Positions 17,979-22,987 of a stretch of DNA of 22,987 bases are shown here, piece after piece. Source of the DNA: Snowella sp. (GTDB lineage: Bacteria > Cyanobacteriota > Cyanobacteriia > Cyanobacteriales > Microcystaceae). Location: positions 1 through 22,987 of the forward strand of contig JAYKGY010000145.1 in assembly GCA_035285545.1 (NCBI GenBank), in the 5' to 3' direction. Numbering within the stretch: position 1 is the stretch's first letter; every line of letters begins with the position of its first letter. The position numbers and the translations under genes are program-made. The notes under the pieces are model-generated. The model did no database searches and was not told where the DNA came from. It worked only from the letters and a program-made list of their open reading frames with translations.

Positions 17979-18590
17979 ATGACCCATTCCCTGTCCTCTG
18001 AACAATACCAAGCCAAAATGCAACGCCGCAAGGAGATTCAAGATCAACGGATCGCCCAAGCAGCAACCGATAAAGGATTAATCATTGTTCATACTGGCAC
18101 AGGAAAAGGGAAAACGACAGCCGCCCTGGGCATGGTTTTACGCTCTTTAGGTCATGGTTTTAAGGTCGCGATCGTCCAGTTTATTAAAGGAGCCTGGGAA
18201 CCGGCAGAAAAAGCCGCGTTTAGCCCTTGGGCAGATCAGATCGAGTTTCATGCAATGGGAGAGGGCTTTACCTGGGAAACCCAAGATCGAGAACGGGATA
18301 AAGAAAAAGCTGAAGCAGCATGGGAAAAAAGTTTGAGCTATATTCGTAACCCTGAGTTTAAGTTAGTCCTATTAGATGAAATTAATATTGCCTTGAGTTT
18401 AAAATATTTAGAGGTGGAAACAGTTTTAGCCGGATTAGCCGAAAAGCCTGAACAAACCCATGTGATTTTAACCGGACGAAACGCGCCCACAGGCTTAATT
18501 GAAGTAGCCGATTTAGTAACAGAAATGAAGCTAATTAAACATCCATTTAAAGAACAAAATATTAAAGCTCAACCTGGTATTGAATTTTAA
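17979..18590 (+). CDS. cobO: Cob(I)yrinic acid a,c-diamide adenosyltransferase (CobO/BtuR/CobA type)
   Basis: GLIIVHTGTGKGKTTAALG, VQFIKG, GEGFTWETQ, LDEIN, TGRNAP, ADLVTEM...KHPF..GIEF. Confidence 0.97.
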   Translation: MTHSLSSEQYQAKMQRRKEIQDQRIAQAATDKGLIIVHTGTGKGKTTAALGMVLRSLGHGFKVAIVQFIKGAWEPAEKAAFSPWADQIEFHAMGEGFTWETQDRERDKEKAEAAWEKSLSYIRNPEFKLVLLDEINIALSLKYLEVETVLAGLAEKPEQTHVILTGRNAPTGLIEVADLVTEMKLIKHPFKEQNIKAQPGIEF

Positions 18591-18613
18591 GCGTACATTT
18601 TAAAAGCCTCCAG

Positions 18614-18629
18614 CCCCCAAATTTGGGGG
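18614..18629. repeat. 16-bp perfect palindrome, cyanobacterial REP/SDR-like element, possible bidirectional terminator
   Basis: CCCCCAAATTTGGGGG between the convergent cobO and aldehyde dehydrogenase genes. Confidence 0.5.
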
Positions 18630-18736
18630 AAAAGCAGTATATTTTGCGGTCTCAAGTCTCTCAGTCGATTACGCTTGCCTTCTATGCAACCCCTTCTCTG
18701 ACTGATTTTCAAGAATTGTGTCCTATACTTGAGTGT

Positions 18737-20110
18737 TTATTGTGTTCCCCCAAATAACCGTTTGACTAAATTCAGTTTATTGCCGTAGGGCGGATAACGC
18801 AGATTCGATTCAAACCGAAATGATTTTTTCAGCACACTTTTATAGTGAGAAAAGGTGTCAAAACTTGCTTTCCCGTGATAAGCACCGATACCGCTTGGCC
18901 CAACTCCCCCGAAGGGTAAATCAATTACACCGATATGAAAAATCGTGTCATTCAGACAAACGCCCCCCGATGAGGTGTTCGCTAAAACCTGTTCCTGTTT
19001 TATTCGGCTATTGGAAAATAGATACAACGCTAAGGGTTTAGGTCGTTGATTGATAAACGCGATCGCGTCTTCTAGGGTTTGATATTCCACAATGGGGAGA
19101 ATTGGCCCAAAGATTTCCTCTTGCATTAACTCAGTGTCTAACGGCACATCCACCATTACAGTCGGTGCAATATAGTTATCCTCTCCATTGGTTTGACCAC
19201 CAAACTGGATTTTTCCGTCCTTTAATAAGCTTTCTAAACGCTGAAATTGCCGTTCATTGACAATGCGACAATAATCAGGACTTTCCGCAGGATTATCCCC
19301 ATAAAAAAGACGAATACAATCTTGGATTTTCTCAATTAATGAATCTTTAATGGAGTGATGAACCAAAAGATAATCGGGCGCGATACAAGTTTGCCCCGCA
19401 TTCAGGAATTTACCCCAGGTAATGCGTTTGGCGGTTTCCTCTAAATCAATATCGGATTCAACGATACAGGGGCTTTTTCCGCCCAATTCCAAGGTGACAG
19501 GCGTTAATTGTTTGGCAGCCGCTTCCATCACTAACTGACCAATTTTGGTTCCGCCCGTAAAAAAGATATGGTCAAATTTTTCGGCTAATAACTGTTGGCT
19601 AACCGTTGCGTCTCCTTCGACTACGGCAATTTCCGTTACGGCAAAGGTTTGTTGAATCACCTCTGCCAATAACTTAGAGGTTGCAGGGGTATGTTCCGAG
19701 GGTTTCAAAATCGCACAATTTCCTGCCGCGATCGCGCCCACTAAGGGATTAATCGCCAAGGCAAAGGGATAATTCCAAGGGCTGATAATTAAAACAATCC
19801 CCAAGGGTTCAGGATAAATCTGGGCTGAGGAGGGGAAAGTTTCTAAACTGGTTTTGATACGTTGCGGTTTAACCCATTTTTTTAAATGCTTGAGGGCATA
19901 ATCAATTTCCTGAATCGTTGCCCGCAGTTCCGCCAGATAGCTCTCTAACTCAGGTTTTCTTAAATCCTGCTTAAGCGCAGCGATAATGTCTGCTTCTTTG
20001 TCAAGAATGGTTTTTCGTAACCTTCTCAATTGATCGAGACGGTAATCAAGTGCCTTCGTTTTTCCCGTCACAAAATGCGATCGCTGTTCTTGAATCAGTT
20101 GTTGAAACAT
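18737..20110 (-). CDS. NAD(P)-dependent aldehyde dehydrogenase, ALDH3 (fatty/apocarotenoid aldehyde) family
   Basis: EPLG.VLIISPWNYP, LKPSE, FTGG, TLELGGKSP, NAGQTCIAPDY (catalytic Cys), EEIFGPILP, PFGGVG.SG.GAYHG, LRYPPY. Confidence 0.95.
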   Translation of the reverse strand: MFQQLIQEQRSHFVTGKTKALDYRLDQLRRLRKTILDKEADIIAALKQDLRKPELESYLAELRATIQEIDYALKHLKKWVKPQRIKTSLETFPSSAQIYPEPLGIVLIISPWNYPFALAINPLVGAIAAGNCAILKPSEHTPATSKLLAEVIQQTFAVTEIAVVEGDATVSQQLLAEKFDHIFFTGGTKIGQLVMEAAAKQLTPVTLELGGKSPCIVESDIDLEETAKRITWGKFLNAGQTCIAPDYLLVHHSIKDSLIEKIQDCIRLFYGDNPAESPDYCRIVNERQFQRLESLLKDGKIQFGGQTNGEDNYIAPTVMVDVPLDTELMQEEIFGPILPIVEYQTLEDAIAFINQRPKPLALYLFSNSRIKQEQVLANTSSGGVCLNDTIFHIGVIDLPFGGVGPSGIGAYHGKASFDTFSHYKSVLKKSFRFESNLRYPPYGNKLNLVKRLFGGTQ

Positions 20111-20195
20111 CCTTTTTATTATCCGCCATTTATTTAATAGACCTATTGTACAAATTCCAACCTAAATATTAAATCGACTGAAACATACACATTAG

Positions 20196-20234
20196 AAAAA
20201 CTACCTACACGGTAAGGAAGACCAGTATAGGTAG
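20196..20234 (-). terminator. Rho-independent terminator of the Gln-rich gene
   Basis: Minus strand CTACCTATAC-T-GGT-cttcctt-ACC-GTGTAGGTAG-TTTTT, 40 nt downstream of the stop at 20275. Confidence 0.7.
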
Positions 20235-20274
20235 CTCGCTCATTAAACAACTATTCTAAGCAAACGGGAGGAAA

Positions 20275-20691
20275 TTAAGCCTGTTCAGATTGTTCTTGAT
20301 TATTTTGGCTAGGAATTTGGTTGGGAGTTTGCTGTTGCTGTTGATATTGAGGCTGTTCACTTTGGTTGTTTTGATTGCGTGCCTGGGTTTGGGGTTGCTG
20401 AGAATATTGTTGGGTTTGTTCCCCTTGATTGCGGGCTTGGGGTTGTTGGGATTGGGAATATTGCTCGGTTTGTTCCCCTTGATTACGGGTTTGGGTTTGT
20501 TGGAATGGCCAACTGACTTGAGCATATTGAACAGTCTCTACTGGTTGCCAATCTTGAACGGTTTGAGGATATTGATTAGCGGATTGTTCCGTTCCGAAAT
20601 TTCCCATTTCAGCCGCGATCGCAGGATTTCCGATTATTGTTAAAACGGTTAACATCACAACTGTTAACATGACAAAAACTTGACGAATCAT
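20275..20691 (-). CDS. Small secreted Gln/Asn-rich tandem-repeat protein
   Basis: Signal peptide (..NPAIA|A), GGAG upstream of ATG, its own terminator; three imperfect QQxQxRNQxxQxxQY repeats. Confidence 0.75.
   Translation of the reverse strand: MIRQVFVMLTVVMLTVLTIIGNPAIAAEMGNFGTEQSANQYPQTVQDWQPVETVQYAQVSWPFQQTQTRNQGEQTEQYSQSQQPQARNQGEQTQQYSQQPQTQARNQNNQSEQPQYQQQQQTPNQIPSQNNQEQSEQA
20341..20502 (-). repeat. Imperfect coding tandem repeat (3 units, ~48-57 nt)
   Basis: Identical 18-mer GGTTTGTTCCCCTTGATT at 20413 and 20467 (period 54); a third, diverged unit lies near 20345-20395. Confidence 0.8.
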
Positions 20692-20950
20692 TACACATTC
20701 TCCGAATTCAATGGGTTCTGTAGCGCGTTCCTTCAGGGGGTAATCTTGTCCTTACTTCCGTCTCTTTTAGCAGACTCTCTATTTCGCTAAGAGATGAACG
20801 ATTTCTTTTGTTATCTTTTACCTTCCCATGATTATTAATTAACTACTTCACCCGATTGGGTGATTCTACTGGCCCATTTAGCCCATTTCAGCTTGTTAAA
20901 ATCAAATGATGGGGCAATCCCGTTAAGCATGAACCCTTGGAGAATCAACG

Positions 20951-22678
20951 ATGCAACGCACAATTTTATTGGTCTTAGGTGGCTGTTTAATGGCGAGTTC
21001 GGTTGCAGCCGAAACGGTTGCTGATGTGTGTCCAGAAAATCAGAATCCAATGGATCAAGCTTCAACGGTTATTTCTCCAACATTCGCGATCGCGCCCCAT
21101 TCTGTTCCTGTCACGTTACCCGCGCAGCCCCCTAAATCCGACCCCCAATCCCCAGCAGACTCACCCATTTCTGCTTCAACCCCGCCGAATAATCCCCCTG
21201 AAGCCGTTGCGGACAGTTCTACTCCTGACCCTAAGAAAAAACAAGCAGAAACCCCCCCCTCTCCCGAAGAAATCGCCCGTTTTCAATTGTTAGCGAAGGC
21301 AGATCGGTATTATCAATGCGGCGATCGCCTCCTAGCCGAACGATTTTATCGAGAAGTGAAAAAGCCCTTTGCCGCCGAAACCCAATTCAATCGAGAAATG
21401 ATTCCAGAAACAATCTATGAACCTGAAAACATGACCGGCGTGGGAAAGGTTTATTGGCGACTGTACCAAGAAGGGTTAGAAAATGAAGTTTATGTCAGTA
21501 AACGCTTGACGGCTTTGAAACTATTAACTGAAAAATATCCAGAATATATTCCGGGTCATTTAATCTATGCAGAAGCCTTAAAAAATAATCATCAATCCGA
21601 AGAAAGTCGCCTTGTTTTAGAAAAAGCCTTAACACTTTATCCCAACGAAATTCCCCTAGTCAAAGCTCAAATTGCGACCCTCGAAGCAGAGCAAAAATGG
21701 TTAGAAGCGTCCCTCTTAGCCCGTCAATTTGCTTTGTTAAATCCGGATCAGTTTGTAACCCCAGAATTTACGGAAAGTGCCAATAAAAATTTAGCAAATT
21801 TTCAAGCGACGCTACGGGAAAAAATGACGTGGAATGCTTTGGGTAATGCCTTGATTGGGGGATTGGGTTACGCATTAACGGGAAATTTATTAGGCCCTTT
21901 ATCGGCTGTCCAAACAGGAATGCTATTAATGCAAGGTGAGAGCAATTTAGGCAATCAGATAACAGCCCAAGCGCGTCAACAGTTACCCATGCTCAAAGAT
22001 GAAGAAGTGTTAGCCTATATCCGAGAGATTGGTCATAAATTAGCTAAAACGGCTGGCAGAGATGAATTTCAATATGAATTTTACGTCATTCTAGATGAGC
22101 GATTTAATGCCTTTGCTTTGCCTGGGGGAAAGGTGTTTATCAACGCAGGTGCGATCGCCAAAACGGAATCTGAGGCCGAAATTGCGGGCTTGCTAGCCCA
22201 TGAAATTGCCCACAGCGTTTTATCCCACGGATTTCAACTGATGACCCAGGGAGCCTTAACCGATAATATTACCCAATATATCCCTTATGTCGGTGGAATT
22301 GCCGGAAATTTACTCTTTTTTAACTACAGTCGAGAAATGGAAGAACAAGCGGATCAATTGGGAACTCGTTTGTTAGCCAATTCCGGTTATGCTGCCGATG
22401 GCGTGCGAAATTTGTTAGCGATTATGGCCAAAGAAGATCAGGTTAAAATTCCCGCTTGGTTATCCACCCATCCTGAAACCCGCGATCGCGTCACCCAACT
22501 CGAAGAATTGATTGTCACTCGTCAATTTAATCGTTACAGTTACGAGGGAGTCGAGCGTCAGAAAGAGATTCAGGAAAAGGTCAAAGCCTTATTAGCTCAG
22601 GAGAAAGAGAAAAAAGAAGGAAAAGGAAAAACCGAAGCGACTAAATCCATTAACCAGAAAAAATCAATAAAGCAATAG
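20951..22678 (+). CDS. M48 family metalloprotease with signal peptide, Pro-rich linker and TPR-like helices
   Basis: NAFALPGG, ESEAEIAGLLAHEIAH (HExxH), YSREMEEQADQLG, WLSTHP motifs. Confidence 0.92.
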   Translation: MQRTILLVLGGCLMASSVAAETVADVCPENQNPMDQASTVISPTFAIAPHSVPVTLPAQPPKSDPQSPADSPISASTPPNNPPEAVADSSTPDPKKKQAETPPSPEEIARFQLLAKADRYYQCGDRLLAERFYREVKKPFAAETQFNREMIPETIYEPENMTGVGKVYWRLYQEGLENEVYVSKRLTALKLLTEKYPEYIPGHLIYAEALKNNHQSEESRLVLEKALTLYPNEIPLVKAQIATLEAEQKWLEASLLARQFALLNPDQFVTPEFTESANKNLANFQATLREKMTWNALGNALIGGLGYALTGNLLGPLSAVQTGMLLMQGESNLGNQITAQARQQLPMLKDEEVLAYIREIGHKLAKTAGRDEFQYEFYVILDERFNAFALPGGKVFINAGAIAKTESEAEIAGLLAHEIAHSVLSHGFQLMTQGALTDNITQYIPYVGGIAGNLLFFNYSREMEEQADQLGTRLLANSGYAADGVRNLLAIMAKEDQVKIPAWLSTHPETRDRVTQLEELIVTRQFNRYSYEGVERQKEIQEKVKALLAQEKEKKEGKGKTEATKSINQKKSIKQ

Positions 22679-22864
22679 CAATAAGACACTTTTGCCATTT
22701 ACCCTGTATCCCAATGATTGACTTTAGCGATCGCCGAATAACCATTCAAAGCGGTATTTTTTGATAAAAATCTATTTAACGATCTGCCAAGCGAATCAGA
22801 CAAGGCGGCAAAATGATGATTAAGATAAAAAAGAATTGTCCGTTGTTAGTTCACGAAAAAATCC

Positions 22865-22987
22865 ATGAGTAAACCCACCCACGCCCATATCACCCTGAAT
22901 CTCAAAAGAAATGATGCTCCTACTTACAAGCAACACCAGAGGGAGCAAAAAGAATATTATATGGGAGCAAAATTAATTGAAATTGGC
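22865..22987 (+). CDS. 5' part of a hypothetical protein, truncated by the window end
   Basis: ATG at 22865 and frame open to the end: MSKPTHAHITLNLKRNDAPTYKQHQREQKEYYMGAKLIEIG. Confidence 0.5.
   Translation, partial: MSKPTHAHITLNLKRNDAPTYKQHQREQKEYYMGAKLIEIG

Larger units (their letters stand above)
2305..22735. repeat. HIP1 (GCGATCGC) dispersed octamer, about 32 copies by manual count
   Basis: Copies near 2305, 2682, 2971, 3110, 3595, 3657, 4604, 4721, 5527, 8602, 9918, 10437, 12095, 12621, 13383, 13560, 13752, 14586, 15466, 16487, 16808, 17417 (overlapping double), 19059, 19728, 20077, 20615, 21086, 21321, 22151, 22482, 22727. Confidence 0.9.

Noticed and set aside
6863..20110. crtW and the ALDH3 gene as a carotenoid/apocarotenoid pathway cluster
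   Set aside because: They are 11 kb apart and separated by unrelated housekeeping genes; no evidence of linkage.
20341..20502. Repeated 18-mer at ~54-nt period as a mini CRISPR array
   Set aside because: The intervening sequences are similar to each other, the units keep the reading frame of a CDS, and no cas genes are present.
20256..20643. Leu/Gly-rich ORF 20290-20643 (+) and Asn/Lys/Pro-rich ORF 20256-20525 (-)
   Set aside because: These are the antisense and shifted readings of the CAA-rich repeat gene; only the 20275-20691 frame has a signal peptide, RBS and terminator.
642..21293. Short antisense or alternate-frame ORFs in the track (642-881, 903-1160, 1355-1585, 3415-3681, 3751-3942, 6990-7220, 11315-11637, 12035-12271, 12695-12889, 13679-14128, 14429-14900, 15749-15931, 18154-18336, 18820-19041, 20835-21293)
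   Set aside because: They overlap well-supported genes and show no recognisable motifs; shadow ORFs.
22714..22775. Possible HAD-hydrolase N-terminal scrap (..IQ/AVFFDK..)
   Set aside because: It requires a frameshift and matches only ~8 residues; too short to support.

Overview
Chromosomal window from a cyanobacterium, probably a unicellular Synechocystis/Microcystaceae-like lineage. Evidence: about 32 HIP1 GCGATCGC octamers by manual count, psaK, crtW and a Pst1-type pstSCAB-B' operon with an SphR Pho box. Most of the window is housekeeping or conserved cyanobacterial genes (O-antigen ligase-like, YaaW-like, DUF3146, tlyA, FHA protein, psaK2, trpF, pst operon, SAM methyltransferase, DUF6335, cobO, aldehyde dehydrogenase, M48 protease). 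Five things stand out. (1) An uncharacterised two-gene unit, a predicted outer-membrane beta-barrel followed by a secreted Cys-containing partner, is the best candidate for an undescribed export/surface-display system. (2) Two unannotated decayed defence genes sit in 'intergenic' gaps: a TIGR02646/PtuB-like HNH nuclease pseudogene at ~5.8-6.3 kb and an internally deleted type I R-M hsdM relic at ~17.0-17.25 kb. (3) An AT-rich, HIP1-free block carries crtW with a palindromic NtcA box upstream. (4) A small secreted Gln/Asn-rich tandem-repeat protein is divergent from the M48 protease. (5) Several smaller gene scraps are present. All family assignments come from motif recognition by eye; no searches were run.
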